NCBI GenBank assembly: GCA_963803435.1
Contig: CAWDML010000003.1
Coordinates: 608,001-672,000, forward strand
From: an uncultured delta proteobacterium
GTDB lineage: Bacteria > Myxococcota > Kuafuiibacteriia > Kuafuiibacteriales > Kuafuiibacteriaceae
Direction of reading: 5' to 3'
Length of the DNA stretch: 64,000 bases
The position numbers and the translations under genes were made by a program. Shown here one piece after another: positions 18,356 through 28,526 of the stretch. Positions within the stretch are counted from its first letter, which is position 1. The number at the start of each line of letters is the position of its first letter. The notes beneath the pieces are model-generated. The model was not told where the DNA came from and did not search any database. It was given only the letters and a program-made list of their open reading frames with translations.

Positions 18356-20038
18356 TCACCAGCTGAAGCGTTCCGGCGCGACGTACTCGGCCACCGCCTT
18401 GGTGGTGAGGTAGTTGTCGAGACCCCAGCGACCGAGCTCGCGCCCGATGCCGCTCTTCTTCACGCCACCCCAGGGGGGGCCGTCCGCGGCCACCGGCTGC
18501 GAGCAGTTCTGCCAGACCACGCCGGCCTGGAGCTCGGCGGAGACCCAATCCATCAGCGCCTTGTCCTTCGAGAAGACGGCGGCCGCGAGGCCGTAGTCGC
18601 TGTCGTTGGCGAGACGGATCGCCTCCGCCTCGTCCTTGAAGGTCGTGATCGCCAGGACCGGTCCGAAGATCTCCTTGCTCCAGATCGTCATGTCGGGCGT
18701 GACGTCCGCGAAGATCGTCGGCTCGACGAAGTAGCCGGTCTTCCGATCGGGCCGGCCGCCGCCGGCGATCAGCGTCGCGCCCTCGCGCTTGCCGGTCTCG
18801 ATCAGCGAGCGCACCCGCTGGTAGTGCGGCTTGGACACCAGCGGGCCGATCTTCACGCCGTCCTCGAGCCCGTTGCCGATCTTCATGCTCTTCGCGAGCT
18901 CGACCAGCTTGTCGGTCAGGGCCTTCGCCACGCTCTCGTGCACGATCAGGCGGGAGGTGGCGCTGCAGACCTCGCCCTGGTTCCCGAAGACGCCGAACGC
19001 GACCCAGTCGACGATCCGATCGATGTCGGCGTCGGGGAAGACGACCGCGGGCGACTTGCCGCCCAGCTCGAGCGTCACCGGGATCAGGTTCTCGGCGGCG
19101 GCCTTCGCGATCCGCTTGCCGGTCTCGGTACCGCCCGTGAACGCCAGCTTGTCGATCCCCTTGCTGCTCGCCAGCGCCTTGCCGGCCTCTTTGCCGGTGC
19201 CGGGCACCACGTTCAGCACGCCCGGCGGCAGGCCGTTCGCGTCGCAGATCTCGGCCAGCTTCATCGCTGTCATCGGGGTGACCTCGGAGGGCTTCAACAC
19301 CATGGTGCAGCCCGCGGCCAGCGCCGGCGCCACCTTCCAGGCGGCCATGAGGAGCGGATAGTTCCAGGGGATGATCGCGGCGGCGACGCCGATCGGCTCG
19401 CGGCGGATCTTGCAGTCGAGGCCCTCGTTCATCAGCGGCAGCGGCGCGTTTTGCTCCTCGTCGAGCTTCCTCGCCAGCTTGGCGTAATAGTCGAAGCAAT
19501 CGGCGGCGTCGGAGACGTCGGCCATCGCGTCGGCGAGCGGCTTGCCGTTGTTCTTCACCTCGAGCTCCGCAATCTCCTTCTGCTGGTCGCGGAGGGAGCT
19601 CGCGATCGACTCCAGGCACTCGGCTCGTTCGGCCCCCGGCTTCTTGCTCCAGATGCCCGAGTCGAACGCGGTCCGCGCGGCTTGGACGGCGCGCTCGACG
19701 TCGACCTTCGACGCGTTGGGGGATCGGTAGAGCAGCCGCTCGGTCGCCGGGTCGTAGACCTTCAGCGTCCGATTCTTCTCGGGCGCGACCCACTGGCCGC
19801 CGATGTAGAGCCGCGTCGGCACGCCCAGCGGATCGAGCGCCTTGCCCGTCAGCACACCCGCGGCGGAGACGCCGTTCGAGTCGCCGCTCGGCGAGGTCCG
19901 CCGGCGGGTCGCGAACCGCTCCCAGCGGCCGTCGTCGGCCCGGGAACGGCGCCGCTCGCGCGGGGCAATCTCGGCGGCTCCGTCGCCGTCGATCGTCGGG
20001 TGGGTCGGGATGTGGTCCTTCCTTTGGACGCCGTGCAT
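18356..20038 (-). CDS. Aminoaldehyde/betaine aldehyde dehydrogenase (ALDH10-like)
   Basis: PWNYPLLMAAWKVAPALAAG, LELGGKSP, NQGEVCSATSR, WQNCSQP, GRELGRWGLDNYL; start uncertain. Confidence 0.85.
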   Translation of the reverse strand: MHGVQRKDHIPTHPTIDGDGAAEIAPRERRRSRADDGRWERFATRRRTSPSGDSNGVSAAGVLTGKALDPLGVPTRLYIGGQWVAPEKNRTLKVYDPATERLLYRSPNASKVDVERAVQAARTAFDSGIWSKKPGAERAECLESIASSLRDQQKEIAELEVKNNGKPLADAMADVSDAADCFDYYAKLARKLDEEQNAPLPLMNEGLDCKIRREPIGVAAAIIPWNYPLLMAAWKVAPALAAGCTMVLKPSEVTPMTAMKLAEICDANGLPPGVLNVVPGTGKEAGKALASSKGIDKLAFTGGTETGKRIAKAAAENLIPVTLELGGKSPAVVFPDADIDRIVDWVAFGVFGNQGEVCSATSRLIVHESVAKALTDKLVELAKSMKIGNGLEDGVKIGPLVSKPHYQRVRSLIETGKREGATLIAGGGRPDRKTGYFVEPTIFADVTPDMTIWSKEIFGPVLAITTFKDEAEAIRLANDSDYGLAAAVFSKDKALMDWVSAELQAGVVWQNCSQPVAADGPPWGGVKKSGIGRELGRWGLDNYLTTKAVAEYVAPERFSW

Positions 20039-20097
20039 GGCAGCCGGAGTATCGTCAGCCCCCTACATGTAGTTGCGACATCCACATGGCCTGGCGG

Positions 20098-21664
20098 TTA
20101 CGGGTCGACCAAAACCCCTGGATTCATGAGGCCTTGGGGATCGACGACCCGTTTCACCGCCCGGATGGCCTCCTGGAACAGGACCGGGGTCTCGCGTGCG
20201 TACCAGGGCTGGTGCGTCCGGCCGACGGCGTGGTGATGGGTGATGGTCGCGCCGTAGGCCATCAGCGTGTCGGCGGCGGCGCCCTTGATCTCGGCCCACT
20301 GTGAAAGCTCGCCGCCCGGCTTCGCCCGGGTGACGAACGTGTAGTACGCCGCCGGGCCGTCCGGATACACGTGCGTGAAGCGGCACGTCAGGCGCCCCAC
20401 GCCGCCGGTGCGGACGAGCGCGGCGGTCACGTTCTCGGTGAGCGCCGCGTGGAGCGCGTCGAACCGGCTCCAGGTGCACGCCGTCTCGAACGTGTCCGCG
20501 AGGACGCCGAGGGAGATGAGCTGGGTCTGGAGGTACGGGGCCCGCACGAACGCCGCCTTCCAGCTGTCGCCCTCCCGGGAGCGATCGCGGGGGCCCTCGT
20601 GCCGTCCGCCCTCGGCCTCGCAGATCTCGAGCGCTCGCGCCATCCACGGATCGAGCGGATGATCGTCCGACTCGAAGGCGACGATCAGCACGGCGCTTCC
20701 GTCGAAGACGACGCCGTTGAGGGCGGCCTCCGCAGGATCGAGCAAGCGACAGTTGGAGGGGTGCAAGCCTGATTGCGCAAGCTGTCTTGCGGCGCGCACG
20801 GCGGCGGCGAAGTCACCGAAGCGGACGCTGGCCGACAGCTTCCAGGTGGGCCGCGGACGGACGCGCATCCAGGCCTCGGTGATCACGCCCAGCGTCCCCT
20901 CGGAGCCGAGGATCAGTCGATCGGGCGCGGGGCCGGCCCCGGAGGCGGGCAGGGTGCGGGTCTCGATGACACCGCTCGGGGTGATCGTCCGCGTCGACGC
21001 GACCAGGTCGTCGATGTGCGTGTAGAGCGTGGCGAAGTGACCGCCGGCGCGGGTGGCGATCCACCCGCCGAGCGTCGACAGCTCGAAGGACTGGGGATAG
21101 CAGCGGAGCGTCAACCCTTCCTGCGCCAGAGCGGCTTCGAGCAGGGGCCCGGTGGCGCCGGCCTGGATGCGCGCCAGGCGGGACGTCCGATCGATCTCGA
21201 CGACACGATCGAGGCGGGAGAGGTCGAGCGAGAGGACGGCGCCGGCCCGATCGCGCGGACACTCGACGCCGCGGACCACGCTGGTCCCGCCGCCGTACGG
21301 GACCACCGCCACCCGGGCGCCGTCGCACCAGTCGAGGACCGCCCGGAGCTCGGTCTCGTCGGCGGGCACGGCCACCAAATCGGGCGCGTTTGCGAAGTCT
21401 CCCCGAAAGCCGCGGATCAGAATCCCCATAAGCCCTTCCATAGGTGTGGCGGAGGCGAGCGGTGCGCTCGGTCGTCATCGGGAGGTCGGGCGGCGCCTCG
21501 AGCCGGGCCGGTGGGAGGACCGCCGACTCGATCCGCGGCAGCGGCAGCAGATCGATCGTGTCGAGACCGAGCTGCAGCTTGGCCAGCTCGCCCAGCTGCC
21601 GCCGCTCCACGTCGCCCGGGAACGCGTCCGTGAAGCCCCAACCCCAGAAGCTCTTTTCGCGCAT
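20098..21664 (-). CDS. FAD-binding oxidoreductase (alkyl-DHAP synthase-like); apparent +1 frameshift at 21420-21424
   Basis: MREKSFWGWG.. joins VVPYGGGTSV, PQSFELSTLGGWIATRAGG, GSEGTLGVITE, THHHAVG; removing one base gives 521 aa. Confidence 0.85.
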
Positions 21665-21871
21665 CACACCAACCTGTGGAGCAGCCGCGCGTCCGTGTCG
21701 AGGCCGCGGATGCTCTCCCCGTGCCTCCGTTGCGGCTCGGCAGGGAGAGCGCTCGGTCGGTTCAGATTCAACACGGAGGCGCGGAGGTACGGAGTGTTTC
21801 CGAGCAGACGCGGCATCGCCGAGTGGGTCCGATGCCATTTTCGCGTCTGGCTGCGTGATACAGTCGGCCCG

Positions 21872-22597
21872 ATGGCGACGGCGCTGAAGGAACGTCTGCT
21901 CTCGGTGATGGATCGGAAGGATCACTGGGCCTGGCCGCACTTCGGTCGGGTCGGGCTGACGCGGGACCAGCTCTTGATCCACTTCCGCCACGAGTATCAG
22001 ACGTACGTGCGCGACTTTCCGGTGCTGCTGGCGCGGACGCTCGGCCTCTCGCCGCCGCCCGAGGTCCGGGCGGCGCTCGCGGAGAACATCTTCGAGGAGC
22101 AGACCGGCAAGCTGTCCATCGGCGTCCCGCACCCGGACCTCTTCCTCGAGATGATGGAGGGGCTCGGCTATTCGGCGGCCGTGCTGGAGGCGCCGGAGCC
22201 CGCGCTGGAGCCCGAGGCCGTCGCCTACCGGCGCTTCCTCGACGAGGTGAGCGCGACACCGCCATGGCAGATCGGCGCGGCGGTGCTCACGATCTTCGTC
22301 GAGGGGAGCCGGAACGAGCGCGCCGAGATGGCGGGTGAGAAGGAGGAGAAGCCGGTCGAGCAGGCGATCGCCGAGCATCCTCTGGTGCGCGTGCACGGGT
22401 GTCCGCCCGACAAGATGCGTCTGGTCCGCGTCCATCGCCTGGTCGAGGGCGGGCATCGGGACGACGCCTGGAACATGGTGCTCGGGCACGTGGGCGGCGA
22501 GCTGGCGGACCCGGTGACCGCCGCGGTCGAGCGGGCGCTCGCGAGCTGGCTCGCCTATCGCGACGGTGTGGCCCGCCGGATTGGGATCGCCCGGTAG
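21872..22597 (+). CDS. Heme-oxygenase-like diiron (PqqC/CADD/TenA superfamily) redox protein
   Basis: ENIFEE..PHPDLF, IFVEGS, VHRLVEGGH ligand pattern; ATG 21872. Confidence 0.8.
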   Translation: MATALKERLLSVMDRKDHWAWPHFGRVGLTRDQLLIHFRHEYQTYVRDFPVLLARTLGLSPPPEVRAALAENIFEEQTGKLSIGVPHPDLFLEMMEGLGYSAAVLEAPEPALEPEAVAYRRFLDEVSATPPWQIGAAVLTIFVEGSRNERAEMAGEKEEKPVEQAIAEHPLVRVHGCPPDKMRLVRVHRLVEGGHRDDAWNMVLGHVGGELADPVTAAVERALASWLAYRDGVARRIGIAR

Positions 22598-22599
22598 CG

Positions 22600-25500
22600 A
22601 TGGACTTCCAGGGCTCCCCGCGGTTCGCGGTGCGACGGCGCATCGGCGAAGGCGGGATGGGCGTCGTCTACGAGGCCTACGATCGGCGACGCGGGACCGA
22701 GGTCGCCCTGAAGACGCTCCGCGATCTCGACGGCGCCTCGCTGTACCGCTTCAAGAAGGAGTTCCGCTCCCTCGCCAACATCAACCACCCGAACCTGATC
22801 GCGCTGTACGACCTCTATTCGAACGGCGAGTCCTGGTTCTTCAGCATGGAGCTGATCCGCGGCGTCAGCTTTCTTCGCTGGGTCCGGCCGGGCGAGATCG
22901 ACCCCAGCGCCGACGCGACGATCCTCGACGAGGCCGCCACCGATCTCCGCGATTCGAGCGAGGCCACCCAGGAGGAGCGAGGGCCCCGCCGGCTTCCGCC
23001 GCTCGACGTCGAGCGGCTTCGCCGAGCGATCGGGCAGCTGGCGCTGGGCGTACATGCGCTCCATGAGATGGGCAGGCTCCACCGCGATCTCAAGCCGACC
23101 AACGTGATGGTCGATCACCACGGCCGCGCCGTGATCCTCGACTTCGGGCTGGTCGCGTACCTCCCACGCGACAAGGAGTTTCAGAGCACGCTCGAGCACG
23201 TCGTCGGCACCGCCGGCTACATGTCGCCCGAGCAGGGGATGGGGAAGAGCATCGGGCCGCCCAGCGACTGGTATGCGGTCGGTGCCATGCTGTTCGAGGC
23301 GCTGGTGGGCCGGCGGCCGTTCGTGGGGCGCCCGATGGACGTGCTACTCGAGAAGCAGCGAGAGGAGGCCCCGCGCGCCCGCGAGATCGACCGCATGGTA
23401 CCCGAGGATCTGGACTCGCTGGCGGCGTCGCTCCTGTCGCGGGATCCGGCCGCGCGGCCTACGGGCGCCGAGGTGCTCGATCGCCTGGGGTTGCCGCAGG
23501 CGAAGCGCGAGCTCGTGTACGCGGACCAGACCGAGATCGAGGAGCGCCTGGTTGGACGGGATCGTGAGCTTGTCGTGCTCCGCGCGGCCTTCGAGCAGGC
23601 CGAGGAGAAGCGACCGGCCATCGTGGTCATCGCGGGCGCCTCGGGCACCGGGAAGAGCGCGCTCATCGACCGCTTCCTCGCCGAGCTGCGCCCGCTCGAG
23701 GACGCGGTGATCCTCTCGGGAGGCTGCTACCAGCGGGAGGCCGTGCCGTTCAAGGCGTTCGACGATCTGATCGACGGCCTGTCGCGCTTCCTCAGGAGCT
23801 TGCTCGCCTCGGACGTGGACGCGATCCTCCCCGAGCACGTCACCGCGCTCGCCCGCGTCTTTCCCGTGCTGCGCCAGGTGCGATCGATCCACGACCGTGT
23901 GGTGGCCGACGCGATGCGCGCCGGCGCCGAGCGTGATCCCGCCGAGCTGCGCGGGCGCGCCTTCAACGCGCTCCGGCGCCTGCTCGCGAGCCTGTGCCGG
24001 CGGCTCCCCGTGGTGCTCGCGATCGACGATCTCCAGTGGAGCGACGAGGACAGCGCCGAGCTGTTGCGCGAGCTCCTGCGCGGGCCCGAGCCGCCGCCGA
24101 TCTTGCTGGTCGCTGCGTACCGGGTCGAGGATGCGGACACCGGCGCGGTGCGATCGGCGCTGGCCGCCTTGAAGGAGTCGACCGCGAAGCCGCGCCGGAT
24201 CGAGCTGTCGACCCTCTCGCTCGAGGAGTCGCGCGAGCTGGCGAGCCTGCTCCTCGGCGGCAAGCGACCGGAGCTGGCGGAGCGCATCGCCACGGAGTCC
24301 GGTGGCAGCCCATACTTTGTCTCGGAGCTGGTGCTCCTCGATCAGATCGAGTCGGCGGACCAGCTGACCCTGGAGCGCGTGCTCTCGGCGCGCGTGGCGT
24401 CGCTGCCGGAGCCGGCGCAGCGGCTGCTCGAGATGGTGGCGGCGTCGGGTCGACCGTTGCCGCTGGCGGTTGCGCTCGACGCGGCCGGGCTCGGGCGCCA
24501 TCAGGAGCAGGCGCTCTCCGTGCTGCTGGCAGGGAACCTGGTGCGCACCCGGCTCGTCGAAGGCAAGGAGATGGAGCTCGCCCCCTATCACGATCGGATC
24601 CGCCGCGCGGTGCTGGGACGGATGGGCGAGCCGGTGCTGGCGGCCTGTCACCGCGCGCTCGCGATCGCGCTGGAGCTCACCGCCGATCCGGACGCCGAGG
24701 CGCTGTCGGTGCATCTGACGCGCGCCGGTGAGCCCGCGCGGGCCGCCGAGTTTGCGCTGCAGGCGGCACGGCAAGCCCGGGCCACCCTGGCGCTCGAGCG
24801 GGCGGCCGAGCTGTACCGCGCCGCGCTGCTCGACCTCTCCTCGCCGGAGCTGCAGCACGAGGCCGCGGACGCGTTCGCGGAGGCGGGCCACGGTGTGGAG
24901 GCCGCCGAGCTCTATCTGGCGCTGGCGCGCAGGAACCCATCGGAGCAGGGGGTGCTGATGCGGGTGGCCGCGGAGCAGCTGCTGCGGACGGGGCACGTGG
25001 AGCGGGGCGTCCGCGTCCTCGAGCAAGTGCTGGCCCGCTTCGGGATGTCGTTGGCGAAGAGCCCGGTCGGACAGCTCACGCTGCTGGCGACCGCCCGCCT
25101 GGGGGTCCGCCTCCGAGGTATTCGTTTCAAACGAAGGACCGAGAGCACCGTCGATCCGGGCGAGCTGGAGCGTACCGACGCGCTCGGCTCCGTCGCCACG
25201 GGGCTGGGGATGATCGATGCCATCGCGGCGTCGCACTTTCAATCGAAGCACCTGGTGGCGGCGCTCGACGCGGGTGAACCCCGCCGGATCGTGCGTGCAC
25301 TGGCGATGGAGGCCTGCTACTCGGCGGCCGGGGGCGCGAGCAACGAGCGCAGGACTCGCCGTCTGGTGGAGACCGTCGAGCGGCTCGCCTGGGAGCTGGG
25401 CGACGACCCCAAAACCGAGCACCTCCTCGCGCTGGCCTCGATGGCGAAGGGCGCGGCGGCTTGCTTGAACGGGCGCTTCGCCGAGGGTGAGCGTGCCTCG

Positions 25501-26292
25501 ACCGAGGCGGAGGAGATCTTTCGCGAGCACTGCCGCGGGGTGCAGTGGGAGATCGCGACCGCAGGGATCTTTCGGCTGATGTCGCTGGCGATGCTCGGTC
25601 GAGTCGCGGACCTCAACCGCTACGTGCGCAGGAACGTGCGCGATGCGCTGCGCCGCGGTGATCGCTACGCCGCCGCCAACCTGCGGAGCGGTCACGGGAA
25701 TCTGGCCTGGCTGGTCGGCGGCGATCCGGAGGGAGCAGAGGCGGTGCTCGACGAGACGGTTGCCCACCTGCCGCAGCGCTTCAGCATGCCGCACGCGTAC
25801 GAGCTGATCGCGCGGGGTCACGTCTTCCTCTATCGGGGCGAGGGACGGCGCGCGTTCGCGCTCTGCGAATCGGTGAGGAGCCGCTACGAGCGCTCGCTGG
25901 TGTCGCGCGTCCAGTTCCTCCGGATCGAGGTCGCCTCCCTGTTCGGCCGGTGCGCGCTGGCGGCCGGCGAGCTGACCGTCGCCTCGAAGCAGGCCGCCCT
26001 GCTCGGAAGGGAGACGCTCCCGTTCGCGCAGGCGCTCGGCCGGCTCCTGGCGGCAGGTATCGAGGAGGCGCGGGGTCTTACCCAGGCAGCCCGCCGCACC
26101 TACGCCCGGGCGGCGCGCATCCTCTCGGATTCGGACCTGGCGCTTCACGCGGCGGCGGCACAGCGCCGGCAGGGGCTTCTGGGCGGGCCGGGCGGCGCGC
26201 TCGAGAAGGCGGAGGCGTGGCTCTCGGGGCAAGGGCTGGAGGATCCGGTCCGATTCGCCGGGATCTTCGCGCCGGCCTCGGGCAACCACTGA
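22600..26292 (+). CDS. Ser/Thr kinase fused to AAA/STAND ATPase and helical repeats
   Basis: IGEGGMGVVY, VALK, HRDLKPTN, DFG, YMSPEQ; Walker A GASGTGKS; Walker B LAIDDLQW. Confidence 0.92.
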   Translation: MDFQGSPRFAVRRRIGEGGMGVVYEAYDRRRGTEVALKTLRDLDGASLYRFKKEFRSLANINHPNLIALYDLYSNGESWFFSMELIRGVSFLRWVRPGEIDPSADATILDEAATDLRDSSEATQEERGPRRLPPLDVERLRRAIGQLALGVHALHEMGRLHRDLKPTNVMVDHHGRAVILDFGLVAYLPRDKEFQSTLEHVVGTAGYMSPEQGMGKSIGPPSDWYAVGAMLFEALVGRRPFVGRPMDVLLEKQREEAPRAREIDRMVPEDLDSLAASLLSRDPAARPTGAEVLDRLGLPQAKRELVYADQTEIEERLVGRDRELVVLRAAFEQAEEKRPAIVVIAGASGTGKSALIDRFLAELRPLEDAVILSGGCYQREAVPFKAFDDLIDGLSRFLRSLLASDVDAILPEHVTALARVFPVLRQVRSIHDRVVADAMRAGAERDPAELRGRAFNALRRLLASLCRRLPVVLAIDDLQWSDEDSAELLRELLRGPEPPPILLVAAYRVEDADTGAVRSALAALKESTAKPRRIELSTLSLEESRELASLLLGGKRPELAERIATESGGSPYFVSELVLLDQIESADQLTLERVLSARVASLPEPAQRLLEMVAASGRPLPLAVALDAAGLGRHQEQALSVLLAGNLVRTRLVEGKEMELAPYHDRIRRAVLGRMGEPVLAACHRALAIALELTADPDAEALSVHLTRAGEPARAAEFALQAARQARATLALERAAELYRAALLDLSSPELQHEAADAFAEAGHGVEAAELYLALARRNPSEQGVLMRVAAEQLLRTGHVERGVRVLEQVLARFGMSLAKSPVGQLTLLATARLGVRLRGIRFKRRTESTVDPGELERTDALGSVATGLGMIDAIAASHFQSKHLVAALDAGEPRRIVRALAMEACYSAAGGASNERRTRRLVETVERLAWELGDDPKTEHLLALASMAKGAAACLNGRFAEGERASTEAEEIFREHCRGVQWEIATAGIFRLMSLAMLGRVADLNRYVRRNVRDALRRGDRYAAANLRSGHGNLAWLVGGDPEGAEAVLDETVAHLPQRFSMPHAYELIARGHVFLYRGEGRRAFALCESVRSRYERSLVSRVQFLRIEVASLFGRCALAAGELTVASKQAALLGRETLPFAQALGRLLAAGIEEARGLTQAARRTYARAARILSDSDLALHAAAAQRRQGLLGGPGGALEKAEAWLSGQGLEDPVRFAGIFAPASGNH

Positions 26293-26378
26293 CCGTATAG
26301 CCTCGAACCGACCGGCGCTCTGGGGCCAGGCTACGTCGCGGGTGTTCGGAGCACGGCGGATGAGGGACACTATTTTCG

Positions 26379-28073
26379 ATGCGTGCCGGCGCTGCCCTCG
26401 CCGTCGCGTTGCTCCTCGGGGGTTGCGCCCAGGAGCCGGATTACGATGGGCGCTTCTGCACCGAAGACTCACCGTGTCCGAACGGCTTCTCGTGCAGCGG
26501 CGGGACGTGTCACCGGCTCTGCGCAATCAACGACGAGTGCGTGCTCAGCGAACAGGTCTGCGTGAGCGGAGTCTGCACTTCGCTGACGACCGCCCCCATG
26601 GACGCGGGCGTCCAGCACAAGGACGCCGGGGGCGCGCCCGACGCGGAAGCATTCGTCGAGTGCCTCGTCGACGGCGAGTGCGGCGCACCCGGCGCCTGCG
26701 AGATCCAGGCGGGCGCGTCCTGCGTCGAGGGCCGCTGCGTCTATGAACGCGTGCGATGCGGTGATCCTCCGCCGGCCGAGTGCACCGACGGCGACACGTT
26801 GTTCCGCACCTATTCGCAGTTTGGCAGCTGCGACGACGCCACCGGCGACTGCGAGTACACGGCGATGGGCGTCCCCTGCGCCGACTGCAGCGCGAGCTGT
26901 CTCGAGCCGTGCGCGGCGGTCGCCTGCGACGAAGACCACGGCGGCTGCCGTACCGGCGGCTACTGCATGCCCGGGGTTCCGGGCGACCCGCCCACCTGCG
27001 TCTATGACGACGCCGACGACGGGACCGACTGCACCAAGGACGACGGCCAGCCGGGACGCTGTCATCAGGGCGACTGCGCCGAGTGCAATGAGGCCGCCGA
27101 TTGCGACGACGGCAACCCATGCACGAGCGACGTCTGCGATACGGCCGCCGGTACCTGCAGCCACGTCGCCTCCGCCGGCGCGTGCAACGACGGCAACGCG
27201 TGTACTCGCACGGACGTTTGCATGGGCGGCGCCTGCGTTGGGATGGATCCCACCGACTGCAGCAGCGGCGGGCCCGAATGCCGGCAGCCGGCGGGCACCT
27301 GCAATCCTGCCACCGGCGCGTGCGAGTATCCGCCCAGCACGCTCGGCACGGTCTGCACCGCGGACGGGAACCCGTGCAGCGACGACGTCTGCGACGGCGC
27401 CGGCGGCTGCATCCACCCGAACCGACCGAACGGCTCGGCGTGCACCGACTCGAGCGCCTGCACCCAGACCGACGTCTGTCAGAACGGTGCGTGCGTCGGC
27501 AGCAATCCGGTCGCGTGCAACACGCCGCCCGGCCAGTGCTACGAGACGGCCGGAAGCTGCAACCCGAGCGACGCCAGCTGTACGTACTCTCCGAGCCCAA
27601 CGACGCGCGCGTGCAACGACGCCAACACTTGCACGCACACCGACCGCTGCAACGGCGTTGGCGGCTGCTCCGGGACCGCCTACAGCTGCAACGACGCGAA
27701 CGCGTGCACGAGCGACACCTGCGACGGCAACGGCGGCTGCAGCTACAGCGCCGTGGCCCCACCCGGCCTGAACCCGAGCGGCGGCGCCGTGGTGAGCACG
27801 ATGGACGTGACGCTGACCTGGACCGGCTGCGGCGGCGGCGTGACCTACGAGGTCGACATCGACTGGCTGAGGTCCGACGGTACCTGGGCCGACTACTTCG
27901 TCTACACCGGTGAGCCCAACAACTCGAAGACGTTCTTTCCTTGCTCCAGCGCGGCGCCTGGATTGCCGTGCAACGACGACTTCCGGTTCCGCGTGCGCTC
28001 GTACAACGGCACCACGTTCGGTCCCTGGTCGACGTTCGTGATCTGGCACTGGAACAACTGCCGCACCTGCTGA
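26379..28073 (+). CDS. Cys-rich lipoprotein with CDDGNxCTxDxC (Dictyostelium-type) repeats and a C-terminal FN3-like domain
   Basis: Lipobox LGGC; repeated CDDGNPCTSDVC, CNDGNACT, CNDANTCT; end LTWTG..YEV..FRVRSYNG..GPWS. Confidence 0.85.
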   Translation: MRAGAALAVALLLGGCAQEPDYDGRFCTEDSPCPNGFSCSGGTCHRLCAINDECVLSEQVCVSGVCTSLTTAPMDAGVQHKDAGGAPDAEAFVECLVDGECGAPGACEIQAGASCVEGRCVYERVRCGDPPPAECTDGDTLFRTYSQFGSCDDATGDCEYTAMGVPCADCSASCLEPCAAVACDEDHGGCRTGGYCMPGVPGDPPTCVYDDADDGTDCTKDDGQPGRCHQGDCAECNEAADCDDGNPCTSDVCDTAAGTCSHVASAGACNDGNACTRTDVCMGGACVGMDPTDCSSGGPECRQPAGTCNPATGACEYPPSTLGTVCTADGNPCSDDVCDGAGGCIHPNRPNGSACTDSSACTQTDVCQNGACVGSNPVACNTPPGQCYETAGSCNPSDASCTYSPSPTTRACNDANTCTHTDRCNGVGGCSGTAYSCNDANACTSDTCDGNGGCSYSAVAPPGLNPSGGAVVSTMDVTLTWTGCGGGVTYEVDIDWLRSDGTWADYFVYTGEPNNSKTFFPCSSAAPGLPCNDDFRFRVRSYNGTTFGPWSTFVIWHWNNCRTC

Positions 28074-28088
28074 GGCTACACTCGGGTC

Positions 28089-28520
28089 ATGGCGAGCTCA
28101 GTCGATCGGCGTTCACGGGCGCTCACGATCGCCGGCGTGTTCACGCTCCTGCTCCTCACGGTCGCCGGCGCGCTCTACCTGCTGCGCCTGAGCTGGTTTG
28201 CGCTGGCCATCGCGCTCATGGTCCCGACACTGCTCTTCGAGACGGTCAAGAGCCTTCGAGAGCTCGAGGGTGAGCGCGTGGTTCTCGAGTCGTCGTCCCG
28301 TTTCCGCGACGTGGTGGAGCTCGGCGTCATCGCGCTGGGAGGCGGGCTCGCGTTCGCGGTCGAGCGAGCGCTGCGAGGCTACGGCGTCGAGCCGCCGTGG
28401 AGGTTCGGTTGGGGCACGACGCTCTTCATCGCGCTCCCGGTGGTCCTCTTGTCGTTCCGCTATCTGGTGCCGCGGCTCTGCGCCTGGGCCGGAATCGGCA
28501 TCCGCGCCGCTCGCGCCTGA
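28089..28520 (+). CDS. Hypothetical membrane protein (about 4 TM)
   Basis: 143 aa, four hydrophobic segments, fills the gap after the lipoprotein gene. Confidence 0.65.
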   Translation: MASSVDRRSRALTIAGVFTLLLLTVAGALYLLRLSWFALAIALMVPTLLFETVKSLRELEGERVVLESSSRFRDVVELGVIALGGGLAFAVERALRGYGVEPPWRFGWGTTLFIALPVVLLSFRYLVPRLCAWAGIGIRAARA

Positions 28521-28526
28521 GAGCTC

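Noticed and set aside
27080-27750. Repetitive TGCAACGAC-type DNA as a non-coding repeat array
   Set aside because: It is explained by the Cys-rich protein repeats of the lipoprotein CDS
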